Shown here: piece after piece, positions 1-12,421 of the stretch | Layout of the letters: each line of letters opens with the position of its first letter | How positions within the stretch are numbered: the first letter of the stretch is position 1 | From: Macrostomum lignano | Lineage: Eukaryota | DNA: 64,000 bases | Direction: 5' to 3' | Assembly (NCBI GenBank): GCA_002269645.1 | Contig: NIVC01000895.1 | Location: 8,309 to 72,308, forward strand | Notes under the pieces: model-generated | The model's input: the letters and a program-made list of their open reading frames with translations, nothing else | Told to the model about the DNA's origin: nothing | Database searches by the model: none | Position numbers and translations under genes: made by a program

Positions 1-242
1 TTTTTAACGGAAACATGCTAAATGTTTTGTAACTTCATTTGATCTGTAGTAAATAGCACATTTGATAGTTGAGTCTGACTACATAAAATCATACAGTGTT
101 TACTAATAATAGTTTTCATCAAACTGTTTTCATTGCTGCTCATCTGTGAAGAAAATAAAAAACGACATACATGCTCATAATTGATCATAATTGTATTTCT
201 CACTAATTTTTCATCGAGCTTAAAAATGATATAGAATTCCTT

Positions 243-2650
243 CATAGGCGTAGGAACATTTCAAAAAGTGGGGAGAGGGGCAGGTTCAGTGACGGATTTA
301 GGGTGCACGCCCCCGTTGAGTTAGATTTTTTATATGGAAAATGCACATTATCATGCACCGATTATTTTCAGAATCCATCTTGTCAGCACTCATTTTATAA
401 AGCGCCGCAGGTACTCATTTTAGCGCCGCAGGTACTCATTTTAGCTCCGCAGGCACTCATTTTAGCGCCGCAGGCACTCATTTTAGCGCTGCAGGCACTC
501 ATTTTAGCGCCGCAGGCACTGATCTTGGCGCCGCAGGCACTCATTTTGGCTCCGCAGGCACTCATTTTGGCGCCGGAGGCACTCATTTTAGCGCCGCAGG
601 CACTCATTTTATCTCCGCAGGCACTCATTTTAGCGCCACAGGCACTGATCTTGGCGCCACAGGCACTCATTTTGGCGCCGCAGGCACTCATTTTGGCGCC
701 GCAGGCACTCATTTTGGCGCCGCAGGCACTCATTTTGGCGCTGCAGGCACTCATTTTGGCGCCGCAGGCACTCATTTTGGCGCCGCAGGCACTCATTTTA
801 GCGCCGCAGGCACTCATTTTGGCGCTGCAGGCACTCATTTTAGCGCCGCAGGCAATCATTTTAGCGCTGCAGGCACTCATTTTAGCGCCGCAGCCACTCA
901 TTTTAGCTCCGCAGGCACTTATTCCGGCGCCGCAGGCACTCATCTTTGCGCCGCAGGCACTCATTTTGGCGCCGCAGGCACTCATTTTAGCGCCGCAGGC
1001 ACTCATTTAAGCGCCGCAGGCACTCATTTCGGCGCCGCAGGCACTCATCTTGGCGCCGCAGGCACTCATTTTGGCGCCGCAGGCACTCATTTTGGCGCTG
1101 CAGGCGCTCATTTTGGTGCTGCAGGCGCTCATTTTAGCGCTGCAGGCACTCATTTTGACGCCGCAGACACTCATTTTTGCGACGCAGGCACTCATTTTGG
1201 CGCCGCAGGCACTCATTTTAGCGCCGCAGGCACTCATTTTGGCGCTGCAGGCACTCATTTTAGCGCCGCAGGCAATCATTTTAGCGCTGCAGGCACTCAT
1301 TTTAGCGCCGCAGCCACTCATTTTAGCTCCGCAGGCACTTATTCCGGCGCCGCAGGCACTCATCTTTGCGCCGCAGGCACTCATTTTGGCGCCGCAGGCA
1401 CTCATTTAAGCGCCGCAGGCACTCATTTTGGCGCCGCAGGCACTCATATTTGCGCCGCAGGCACTCATTTTGGCGCCGCAGGCACTCATTTTTGCGACGC
1501 AGGCACTCATTTTAGCGCCGCAGGCACTCATTTTGGCGCCGCAGGCACTCATTTTTGCGACGCAGGCACTCATTTTAGCTCCGCAGACACTCATTTTAGC
1601 GCCGCAGGCACTCATTTAAGCGCCGCAGGCACTCATTTTGGCGCCGCAGGCACTCATCTTTGCGCCGCAGGCACTCATTTTGGCGCCGCAGGCACTCATT
1701 TTAGCGCCGCAGGCACTGATCTTTGCGCCGCAGGCACTCATTTTGGCGCCGCAGGCACTGATCTTTGCGCCGCAGGCACTCATTTTGGCGCCGCAGGCAC
1801 TCATTTTAGCGCCGCAAGCACTTATTTTAGCGCCGCAGCCACTCATTTCGGCGCCGCAGGCACTCATCTTGGCGCCGCAGGCACTCATTTTAGCGCCGCA
1901 GGCACTCATTTTAGCCCCGCAGGCACTCATTTTGGCGACGCAGGCACTCATTTTAGCTCCGCAGACACTCATTTTAGCGCCGCAGGCACTCATTTAAGCG
2001 CCGCAGGCACTCATTTCGGCGCCGCAGGCACTCATCTTGGCGCCGCAGGCACTCATTTTTGCGACGCAGGCACTCATTTTAGCTCCGCAGACACTCATTT
2101 TAGCGCCGCAGGCACACATTTAAGCGCCGCAGGCACTCATTTTGGCGCCGCAGGCACTCATCTTTGCGCTGCAGGCACTCATTTTGGCGCCGCAGGCACT
2201 CATTTTAGCGCCGCAGGCACTGATCTTTGCGCCGCAGGCACTCATTTTGGCGCCGCAGGCACTCATCTTTGCGCCGCAGGCACTCATTTTGGCGCCGCAG
2301 GCACTCATTTAAGCGCCGCAGGCACTCATTTCGGCGCCGCAGGCACTCATCTTGGCGCCGCAGGCACTCATCTTGGCGCCGCAGGCACTCATTTTGGCGC
2401 TGCAGGCGCTCATTTTGGTGCTGCAGGCGCTCATTTTGGTGCTGCAGGCACTTATTTTGGCGCTCCAGGCGCTATGTTTTGTCGCCCTGCAGCAAAATGC
2501 ATTCATGCAAAGCAGCAAAAACTAAAAATAAGTCTACATTTTACATTTTAAATGTGGAGGGGACAGATACCATTACTGCCCCCCCCCCATTTTAAAAAGT
2601 AGGGGGGGGGGCATGGCCCCACTGCCCCCCCTTCCGTTCCTACGCCTATG
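243..2650. mobile_element. Non-autonomous hAT-like DNA element inflated by an internal minisatellite
   Basis: 15-bp perfect TIR CATAGGCGTAGGAAC (243-257) / GTTCCTACGCCTATG (2636-2650); 8-bp flanks AATTCCTT (235-242) and AGATCCTT (2651-2658) match 6/8, consistent with a decayed 8-bp TSD; GC-rich subterminal tracts; no transposase. Confidence 0.6.
400..2480. repeat. 21-bp minisatellite (GCGCCGCAGGCACTCATTTTG/A), about 98 units
   Basis: Direct tandem repeat; occasional 20-bp units break the frame; produces the QALILAP / MSACGAK ORF artefacts. Confidence 0.97.
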
Positions 2651-2730
2651 AGATCCTTTGTTTTGTTCTAAAAGCAGATATATTGTGCTATTTGCAGAAA
2701 TAAACCAAGTTTTTTTGCAACATCTTTCAG

Positions 2731-3972
2731 GTCAAGCAACGCCAACCAATACGCGTGTTCATTCGCGAGCCGCACCACGAGGTGCTATTGGATATCTACC
2801 GTTTAATCGGTTCAAAGCGTTTGCCGTTTTCTCGTTTAACACTGTTGCACCTGGACTCGCATCCTGATCTGCAGTTGCCGCCTAAGTTAACAGCCAACGA
2901 TTGCCTCGACGCTGGAGTTGATGGCGCGTTGCAATCGCAACTTAGTATTGGGAGTTGGATCCTGCCAGCTGCCTATGCTGGCCACTTTGATAGCGTTGTT
3001 TGGCTGCGACCGCCTTGGTCGGACCAGCTGCCGGATATAAAGCGTCGTCTAGTTCGTATTGGTCCTTGTCCAGTTGAATCGTCAGCCGCTGCTGCTGTTG
3101 AAGCACCTTTACGTTTAGACTGCGGCTTGCCTTATTTTGCGGCCGAGTGTATGTACTGTCACCATTTGACCTCCATACCCGAAGCAGAGATAGGCAAGAA
3201 TAGTAATAAGATTAGCCAATTTCACCTGTGCTCGCACGAGTTTAGCAGTGCACTGGATTGCGATTGTGTCGGCCAATCGGGTCTCGGTCAGGCTGCCGCT
3301 TACGTTGTCGATGTTGACTTGGACTATTTCTCTACGCAGGACGCTCCGTCGAAGTGGCTACCAGCTGATCTGATTAGCGCCGCTCGTAGCGTCTACGGCT
3401 GGCGCGGTGGCGAAATTGTCGAAGAGGGCCCGGCTCTTGAGACGGCTTGCAGGCGAAGGGAGCAACGCTTGGAGCGGTTGGGTCAAATCATGATGGAAGT
3501 TTCCAGTGAATCGGATGGTAAAACTGAAGCTAGTACGAGTAGCGAGGCTATCAACGTTGATGAAGTTGATGACGCCGAGAAGGATGATGCTCAAGATCGA
3601 ACTGCTCTTCGTTCTCTGTTCGCGTGGGCTCGTCGTCATGGAAACGGCGATAGTAGCGCTACTGCTAATGCTACAACATGGACGCCAGAAGATTTACACG
3701 AAGTACTCAGTGGTCAAGACGGTCTTGGTGGCGACCTACCGCATCGAGTCTCTTCGCCAGACGAGATTCGCCTGATGATTGACAGTTTTGGCAATTGGTT
3801 GAGTGAGTTGTCAGCTCGATACGGTCCTCCTGCTTGCGTCACCATTGCCAGATCGTCTCTAGACGATTACTGCCCAACTGAACAGGTGGAGCTCATTCAG
3901 ACTGAGTTAATTGCCAGTCTGCGTAAAGTACTAGAGCCTTACTATCGCGTTGATGTTGTTTGCAATTATTAA
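2731..3972 (+). CDS. C5orf22: UPF0489 / C5orf22 homolog; exon starts at acceptor TTTCAG|2731 with no in-frame ATG near its 5' end
   Basis: HHEVLLDIYRLIGSKRLP, LHLDSHPDL, SIGSWILPAAYAGH, VDLDYFST, LPHRVS, TIARSSLDDYCP match the family motifs. Confidence 0.85.
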   Translation, partial: VKQRQPIRVFIREPHHEVLLDIYRLIGSKRLPFSRLTLLHLDSHPDLQLPPKLTANDCLDAGVDGALQSQLSIGSWILPAAYAGHFDSVVWLRPPWSDQLPDIKRRLVRIGPCPVESSAAAAVEAPLRLDCGLPYFAAECMYCHHLTSIPEAEIGKNSNKISQFHLCSHEFSSALDCDCVGQSGLGQAAAYVVDVDLDYFSTQDAPSKWLPADLISAARSVYGWRGGEIVEEGPALETACRRREQRLERLGQIMMEVSSESDGKTEASTSSEAINVDEVDDAEKDDAQDRTALRSLFAWARRHGNGDSSATANATTWTPEDLHEVLSGQDGLGGDLPHRVSSPDEIRLMIDSFGNWLSELSARYGPPACVTIARSSLDDYCPTEQVELIQTELIASLRKVLEPYYRVDVVCNY

Positions 3973-4427
3973 TGCGAAAGAAAATTTATCGAGGAAGAAG
4001 TGAAATAACTTATTTTACTAAAGCATTTTAAATTTGTGTTCATTTACTAAGATTCATACGCGCTTTCAAGTAAAATTAGTGTTGTAGTGTTAGTATGAAA
4101 GAGGTCCATTTAAATCGGATTGTGTTTTGCTTTTTTTGTTGGATTAACAAGATTTTCCCATGGCACACGAGGCCCTTCAATTTTCACTAGGGAGACAGCT
4201 GACCATCATGACCTTTCCTTGAATGGCTCCGGCATAGGTTCTCTTGATATTTAATATTTATACTGTCTTAGTATTTAGCTGCCTCCACCCTACCCTAGCC
4301 AATGTTGCAATAACATGGACTGTAGGTAAAGTACACATTCATAATTTCAAGGCACCTTAGTAGTCAATTACAAGTGCTACATTTTATGAATCGTCAATTG
4401 TCAATGTAAATTTTTATATTCAGCCAA

Positions 4428-6741
4428 ATGTCGCATCAACAGCTGCCTCGTAGTCAACAACACAAGCAAGAAGCAACGAAGACGCCAATTTATTTAGACT
4501 ACAATGCTACTAGTCCAATGTCTTCGCAGTCTCGCGATGCCGTTATTGAAGCTATGTACACCGGCTGGCAGAATCCGAGCGTTTGCAGTCGGACTCGCAG
4601 CATAGTTGAAGTTGCTCGCAAATCTGTAGCAGATCTGATTGGCTGTCAGCCAGCAGAGTTGATTTTCACATCCGGCGGTACAGAGAGCAATAATTGGGCT
4701 GTGAAACAGGCTGTTTGGATGTACCGGAATTTGGATAGAGCTGAGAATGCTATTGTTGGTCGGCCTCATGTTGTAGCCAGCTGTATTGAACACGACTCGA
4801 TTCGTAAACCTATTGAACGACTGTTGGCTCTAGGTTTAGTTGATGTAACCTGGTTGCGCATCGACTCAAGCACTGGCGCTCTGGCAAATGTTGGCGATCT
4901 CGTTGCTGCATTGCGCTGGCGCAATACCTGTTTAGTGACCGTGATGTGGGCAAATAATGAGACTGGGGCCATATTTCCCATAGCCGAGGTATAAACCAGT
5001 GATGTTTACAAAAAGTGTCTGTAAAAACAACTTTTAAGTGCCTCGCTTGACACTTAAGGGAGGTTTCATATAATGCGTAAATTTCAAAAGTCGCCAAAAA
5101 TCAAATCAACATGCCAATTATGAAAAAAGCAGAAAACAAGAAGAAACAATACCTAAATTATGAGGCTTAAAACTTTTCTGTGATGTGAAATTTAGGTCTT
5201 GGGAAAGCACCCCATCCTAATCGCAGCCGGTTAGTCCTCGAGTCCTCTTCTCCCGCCTCATCTTCCTAATTTCCTCGCTCCTCTTATATTCTCTCCTGTC
5301 ATCTCCCAACTCATCTCTCATCTCATCTTCTCTCTCCCCTTTCATCTCTTATCTCTAGTCTTTAGTCTCTCCCCTCTCCTCTCTTCCTTCTCCTTTCCTT
5401 TCTCACTAGGCCCGCGGCCATGAGCTGGATTCTTTATCTGGCCCCTAAGGTAAAAAAATTGCCGACCCCATGATTTAAAGACTTGAACTAAGACGTCCGT
5501 TAAAAAACTCAACATCGCACACACTTAGTTGAAAAAATCACGCGAACAAATAATTTCGCAGATTGCAAATGCGCTCTCGGAATGGCGTCGCCTAAATAGC
5601 CTGACAGTCGATTCGTCGTGTTCCTCCTATGCCAACTCTGGCCTGCCATTGTTCCACACTGACGCTTGTCAAGCTGTCGGCAAAGTGCCTGTCAAAGTTC
5701 CCAATGGATTAGATCTCCTAAGCTTGGCTGGTCATAAATTTCAAGGACCCAAAGGTGTTGGGGCGCTGTATTGTAGCGCTAGATTGCGCGCTAAATTGGC
5801 GCCACTGCTGCTTGGCGGCGGACAGGAGAATGGCGTCAGGGCTGGCACTGAGAATACACCGGGACTTGCCGGTCTGGGGGCAGCCGCGCGTCTGTCGAAG
5901 ACTCAGTTGGATGATGTTGATGGCAGACAGCCTCTGATGGTACAGCTGGCTGAGATTCGAGATCAGCTGCGGGATAGACTGGTAATTCTGGGTGTTGAAT
6001 TGGATTTCCTCTGTGTGTCATTCCTCCTTCGAAACCACCGAAAGTCAATTCGATATCCCAGTAATATGTCAGTCGCTCAATAAAAGCTTCAATTCCAATG
6101 GCTAGATATCTCAATAGTCATAACGTCACTTTGATTCCAATCCGATGGCTAGATATCTAGATATCTCAATAATCGCTCTGATTCCAATGGCTAGATATCT
6201 CAATAATCGGTTTGATTCTAGTAGCTAGATAATTAAATAACCGCTTCAATTCTAGATTATCTTTAAATGCTATAATTTTCCCTAACATTTCACGCAGCTG
6301 AACTCCATTAACGATCCGGAGATGTCAGAATTCACCGGCTTTCGACTAATCGTGAACAATAATTTTCCAAACGGTCCCACTCTGCCAAACACGCTCAACG
6401 TGTCAGTTGTATCAACAAAACTATTGCAATCAGCTGGTCAGAGTAAAGAATTAGCAACTGATAATAATACTGACGATATGGAACTGCGCGAAGCTGCTTT
6501 AGCTAGGAACTATCTACTTAGTAGAGGCCGCATTCTTGCCAGCGCCGGTTCAGCTTGTCACGCCGCCGCCAATTCCGGCGCATCCGCTGTTCTGTTAGAA
6601 TCTGGCGTCAATCCTATGGCTGCCAGATCAGCTGTTAGGCTGAGCGTTGGACCGGATACTACCATAGACGATGTTCTGGGCGCGGTTGAGGAATTCAATG
6701 CGGCTCTGCTGCAGTGGCGAATTGAGCATCCTTCTCGTTGA
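4428..6741 (+). CDS. SCLY: Selenocysteine lyase (PLP class V); exons 4428-4988, 5562-5981, 6298-6741 (474 aa)
   Basis: [41 protein letters not shown] (PLP Lys), [21 protein letters not shown] (catalytic Cys), RLSVG; both introns GT-AG, phase 0, frames join. Confidence 0.9.
6085..6255. repeat. Degenerate ~30-bp tandem repeat (ATTCCAATGGCTAGATATCTCAATAATCG) in SCLY intron 2
   Basis: About 5 imperfect copies visible. Confidence 0.7.
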
Positions 6742-7319
6742 AAATGTTACCGCGACAAGAGTCTTGTGACTTTTTAACGACTCAAATGACTTGTTTGATT
6801 CTACAGCGACTCAGTCTCAAATAGACTTTTAGGCGACTTGTACTGCGAAATCTTATCGTTTTAGAGTTGTCTGAAGTCACTTTTTTTTCTATTTTGTTGA
6901 TTTGCAACGATTCTGGAGCGACGAAAGTCGTGGCTCTGGGACGCTTCTTTGGCCTGGGTACCATTTTAATCGGATTTATTAATGATTGTTTTACGGTAGC
7001 CACATTTTATGTGTTGCACATACAGCATTTCTGATTCTAGGCTTGTACAGATCTGAAATACTAACAACAGTTGAATTCATGTACAGTAGTTGCTTGTTGA
7101 CTGAGTCTCACTTTTTTCTATGCCAAAATATGCTTTTTTCGTGCTAAATACACAGAAGTTTTTGTTTTTCTTTTTATTGGGATTTTAATTATAGTTGCAT
7201 AGTTATTGGTTTTCTTATTTCATTTGCTCGTAGAAACGGTAAATTAAAAAAAATTCGATGATTGTCTGTCTTTTGGGTTTCTTGTCTTAGTTGATTTGTG
7301 TCCTTTTTTCCTATGCACA

Positions 7320-7600
7320 TTTGTCTCTCTGTTACTGTGTGAGTGTCTCTGTCTATGTCTGTCTGTCCGTCTGTCTGTCTTTCTCTTAGTTTCTGTCTGT
7401 CTGTCTGTCTGCCTGCCTATCTGTCTGTCTGTCTGTCTCAGTGTCTGTCTGTCTTTCTCTTAGTGTCTGTCTGTCTGTCTGTCTGCCTGCCTATCTGTCT
7501 GTCTGTCTGTCTGTCTCAGTGTCTGTCTGTCCGTCTGTCTGTCTTTCTCTTAGTGTCTGTCTGTCTGTTTGTCTGTCTGCCTGTCTAGCTGTCTGTCTCC
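7320..7600. repeat. (TCTG)n microsatellite
   Basis: Direct reading. Confidence 0.95.
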
Positions 7601-7758
7601 CTAGAAAATTGTTATTTTTCTCATCTCTACTATGAACTTTACTTGAGCAATCAAAGAATCAATATCAAGTCTTCTACAAAAACGCACTCCCACAGCGAGC
7701 AGCAGCTCAGTAGCAAGTTGTCAATCAAGCAAGCCATCCATCAGCAGTGCAGCTTGGC

Positions 7759-10700
7759 ATGGCCTCAAACAGCGTGATCAAGCCGAAGACTCAAGCCGGC
7801 AAGCGAGCATTAGCCAGGCGAGAAGAGAAGGTGATAGAAAACACAAAGTCATGCTTACTCATCCGCGGCGGCAATACTAGCGAAGCCATTGGTTCCTGTC
7901 TAAAAGATTTGTACAGCTTAAAAAAGCCGCACGCTCTGATGCTGAAACGCCGCAATCCAATTTTACCATTCGAAGAGATTAGCTTTGTTGAAAAGATGAG
8001 TCGAAAGTACGACTGCTCGCTATTCGCTTTTGCAAGCCATTCGAAAAAGCGACCGAATAATCTGGTGCTAGGCAGGCTATTCAACTACCAGCTGCTGGAT
8101 ATGATTGAGTTTGGCGTTGAAGGCTACCAGCCATTGTGTACTTTTCCCGTTGCCAAGGTGCCTGTTGGCACTAAGCCATGTCTTAGCTTTCAGGTGAGTC
8201 TAATTGCTGAACATTATTCAAATATTATTTTATTGTAGTTTGGCTTAGACAGGATGACTGTGATAACTGTGATCTAGACATGTGGCTACTGTAATCTAGA
8301 CGTGTGATTGCTGTCATCTAGACATTCTGATTGCTGTCATCTAGGCATTGTGATTGCTGTCATCTAGGTTTTGTGATTGCTGTCATCTAGGCATTGTGAT
8401 TGCTGTCATCTAGGCATTGTGATTGCTGTCATCTAGGCATTGTGATTGCTGTCATCTAGGCATTGTGATTGCTGTCATCTAGAGATTATGATTACTGTTA
8501 TCTAGACATTGTGATTGATGTCATCTAGGCATTGTGATTACTGTTATCTAGACATTGTGATTGCTGTCATCTAGACATTGTGATTGCTGTCATCTAGACA
8601 TTGTGATTGCTGTCATCTAGACATTATGATTACTGTTATCTAGACATTGTGATTGCTGTCATCTAGACATTGTGATTGCTGTCATCTAGACATTATGATT
8701 ACTGTTATCTAGACATTGTGATTGCTGTCATCTAGGCATTATGATTACTGTTATCTAGACATTGTGATTGCTGTCATCTAGGCATTGTTATTGCTGTCAT
8801 CTAGACATTGTGATTGCTGTCATCTAGACATTGTGATTGCTGTCATCTAGGCATCTAATGAGTGAAATCTAGATGGGATATGGCCGATCAATATATTTAA
8901 ATATGTTTTGGCCATCTTAGCCAATAATCTTGGCATCTAGACATCCTAGGCTATGATTTAGACAAATTAGTGTGCTATGACTGATTTGATTAAACCTGGT
9001 GAATGCGATCTGAAAAATCTCTCCTACACCTTAAAACAATTATTTTAAGGGCGAAGAGTTCGACAGCGACCCAACTCTGATGGCTATTAAGAACCTGCTG
9101 CTGGACATGTTCCAAGGTCCTCGGGTTGAGAAGATTCGTCTCCAAGGCATTGAGCACCTGATTCAATTCTCCTATTGCGATGGCCAGATTCTTGTCAGGT
9201 GAGGCTTTTGTGACGCATATCATTGATGCGACTCCTACTTTCTTAATGATATCCCAGAATATTCCCAAAAAGAAAGCAAATCTGGGGGCGACTTGTGACG
9301 ATTTACCGGCAGACTCGAATTTAACTGACGAAGACAAATACAGCAGAGGCAAATTGTGTAGCGGTAGCACTCGATGATAGTGACGAATGATGCGGGCGGT
9401 GGCCGCAGTTCTCATTTATTGTAACGGTATGAGTGGATAGTTAGGGCTCATTATTATCAATTCCGTCTGGGTAGTTAATAGAGATGAGCCGGAGTATTTG
9501 CTGAATCAGTAAGGAATGCACTGGGCGGCTGCGCAACAATAAGATAGATGATAGATGATAGAGCGAGTCGATGAGCCTGAGGCAGTGGCGATGATGTGAT
9601 GACAGTGATCGTGTGGTGGCGGTACTCGTAGCGAGAACCCTTTACAGACGGTAGTGGTGGCGTGGTCGAGAATTGGCAGAGGCGTGGTTTAGAACTGTGG
9701 CAGAGCGAGACGGGTAAACAGCAAACAAGGGTGAAAAACAGGGGTCTAAAAACAAATGTCTAACCACGGGCGCCCCAGCCAGACAGGACTGATAAGGAGC
9801 GGGCTGGGGTGGGTGCGCGAGGAGAGCTTAATATCAGGCTAGCATAATATATGCGCGGCTTTTCTATTGGCCGGCGAGAAAAACCAACTTGAAAACAGAA
9901 ATTATCGATCGCATTGTACATAGGCTTTACAAACGCACGCAATGTTGTTTAAAATTCTTTGGGCATTATTATAAGCAGACGTTAGAGTACGAGACCATTA
10001 AATTAACAATATTATAGCTTTCGCTAAAACGGCCCTTGTCGGGGCTACCTCAACTGACAACGTCACAGACTCAAGCGACTGTAAATGCGACGGATATGCG
10101 ACTGTTGAGTCACGAGCGCATCATATAACAGCTCCTGTGATGGATGACCCTTGTTCAATCGCATCAATCAGCCGCTGGCGATCTGCTACAGGAATTGCTG
10201 GCGCCACTGAATGGCGTCGCTTTCAGGCCAAAGACGAGCAAACCGGGGAGGAGGGAGGGACAGAGAGCCATAAAATCTCAGTCCGATTCCCGTTTTGAAT
10301 GGATTTTTCCCATATTGAATGTCCAAAGTTATAGTCTATGGCCAAGCCTCCCTCAGTAGACTTTGCTAAACTGCTTAAGTTCATGACTAGGGTGCGATCT
10401 GTGGCCTGGCTTGAATGTCTATGGCGTCCCGTTTTGATTGTCTCTTGACTCTTGGAGGAATTTTTTTGGCGACTTGTACCGTGACATCTTGCTGTTTTAG
10501 AGTCTTCTAGAGGAACTTCTTTCCTATTTTTTACCTGTGTTACCTACGACTCTTGAGGCGACGCAAGTGACTGGGGATCAGTCGTCAGATCAACCATCCC
10601 AAACCGAACCCGCAGATCCTATCGCATCCTGCTGAAGAGCTCCGGTTCGAAAATTCCCCGAGTCGAGCTGTTCGAAATGGGTCCGCGTTTCGGTTTGCGG

Positions 10701-10976
10701 CTGCGCAGGCACAAGCTGGCAACGCCGGAGCAGTTTAAGCAGGCTCGCCGTCAGCCCAAAGTTGCCACGATCAAGAAGATCAAGAACATTGTGCCGGACG
10801 ATGGTCTGGGCAATCGTCTCGGTCGTGTGCACGTCGGCCGGCAAGAGTTGGACAAACTGCAGACAAGAAAGGTCAAGGCTTTGAAACGACCTCGAGAGGA
10901 TTTCAATGCCGCCGATGGGAAGAAGATTAAAAAACGACGTTTGTCGGATAATAAGAAGCAAAAGAATAAGGGATGA
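7759..10976 (+). CDS. RPF2: Ribosome production factor 2 (Brix domain); exons 7759-8193, 9050-9198, 10616-10976 (314 aa)
   Basis: KPKTQAGKRAL, HSKKRPNNLVLGRLFNYQLLDMIEFGV, GEEFD, IRLQGIEH, RSYRILLK, PRVELFEMGP, QELDKLQTRKVKALK; intron phases 0 and 2 join in frame. Confidence 0.95.
8265..8855. repeat. 21-bp minisatellite (TTGTGATTGCTGTCATCTAGA/GC) in RPF2 intron 1
   Basis: Direct tandem repeat. Confidence 0.95.
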
Positions 10977-11094
10977 AATTGATTTGGGAAGGTATCCTGT
11001 ACCTCTGTTATGCAGTTTAAATTGCTTTTGCTTTAAGGCATCTTGGTAATATTGCAAGACCAATCATTAACGATCACATTGAATAGCTATTATC

Positions 11095-11485
11095 AACCAA
11101 CCATAGCAACCAATTGATTACATCCACGCCATAGCAACCGATTAATTACATGCACTCCATTGCAACCGATTAATTACATGCACTCCATTGCAACCGATTA
11201 ATTACATCCACTCCATAGCAACTGATAAATTATATCCACTCCATAGCAGCTGATTAATTATATCCACTCCATAGCAACCGATTAATTACATCCACTCCAT
11301 AGCAACCAGTTAATTACATCCACTCCATAGCAACCAGTTAATTAAATCCACACCATAGCAACCAGTTAATTAAATCCACTCCATAGCAACCAGTTAATTA
11401 CATCCACTCCATAGCAACCAGTTAATTACATCCACACCATAGCAACCGATTTAACTACATCCACTCCATAGCAACCAACCCATAA
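11095..11485. repeat. ~29-bp minisatellite (CCATAGCAACCAGTTAATTACATCCACT)
   Basis: Direct tandem repeat. Confidence 0.9.
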
Positions 11486-11964
11486 CCTTTACAGGAAATT
11501 CATCAAACAAACAACCTAAACAAGAAAAAAGAATCTAGGTTTCTCTTAGTCTAGGTGGGTGCTTCTTAAACTTGGCAATATTCATGAACTGCACTTCAGT
11601 AGCTACAATGTAAGGACCGGTTTGTTTTCAAAACATTTTCCCACTATGCGCATTTTCATTAATTGCTAAAAGCAAAGTTTTGAAAGCAAAAATTTCAATT
11701 GTCTGCCGTCTTGTCTGTTATTGTCAGCTGGACAAATTTAAATACACGCGCAAACTGGCGAGGAATTTTACTCGCTGTAATGTTTTTGAATATTGTTTCT
11801 GCGATTTACAATTTTTTTATAAATCGTTATCTAGGCTTTGTGATCAGGGATATTTTGTAGAAACTCCCATTCATTTCGAGGTGTCGACTTGAATAAAAAT
11901 ACAAACAATAATATCACCCGGCCAGTCAGTGGGATTTAATAAGGAGATGAACTCTAGAAGTATA

Positions 11965-12047
11965 CTACTAGTAGTAGTTAAGCCCACAACTCTTAAGTAA
12001 TAATACTACTACTTCCACGACTACTACTACTACTAGTACTAGTACTA

Positions 12048-12090
<43 letters not shown>

Positions 12091-12108
12091 TTGCTACTAC
12101 TACTACTG

Positions 12109-12150
<42 letters not shown>

Positions 12151-12345
12151 TTGCTACTACTACTACTGCTACTACTACTACTAATACTACTACTACTGCT
12201 ACTACTACTACTACTACTACTGCTACTACTACTACTACTACTAGTACTACTGCTACTACTACTACTAATCCTATTACTAATACTTCTACTACTACTACTG
12301 TTATCATTATTATTTTTTTTTGTTACTATTATTATTATTGGTATT
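11965..12345. repeat. (CTA)n / (TTA)n trinucleotide microsatellite
   Basis: Direct reading. Confidence 0.95.
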
Positions 12346-12421
12346 ATTACTGCTATAAGGATCGTTAAATTCCAGTTTTTACGCGTCACCCATTAAATCC
12401 TGGCTAAACTTGATCAAATTC

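Noticed and set aside
303-2518. Long ORFs of QALILAP / MSACGAK heptads on both strands
   Set aside because: Products of the 21-bp array; broken by 20-bp units, enclosed in TIRs, no unique coding flanks.
8990-9415. 141-aa minus-strand ORF
   Set aside because: Antisense shadow of RPF2 exon 2.
9420-10067. Possible solo LTR (TGTAACG...CGTCACA) in RPF2 intron 2
   Set aside because: Inverted termini match 6/7, but there is no TSD, PBS, PPT or second copy; left uncalled.
11993-12396. Poly-V, poly-S and poly-L ORFs
   Set aside because: Translation of the (CTA)n microsatellite.
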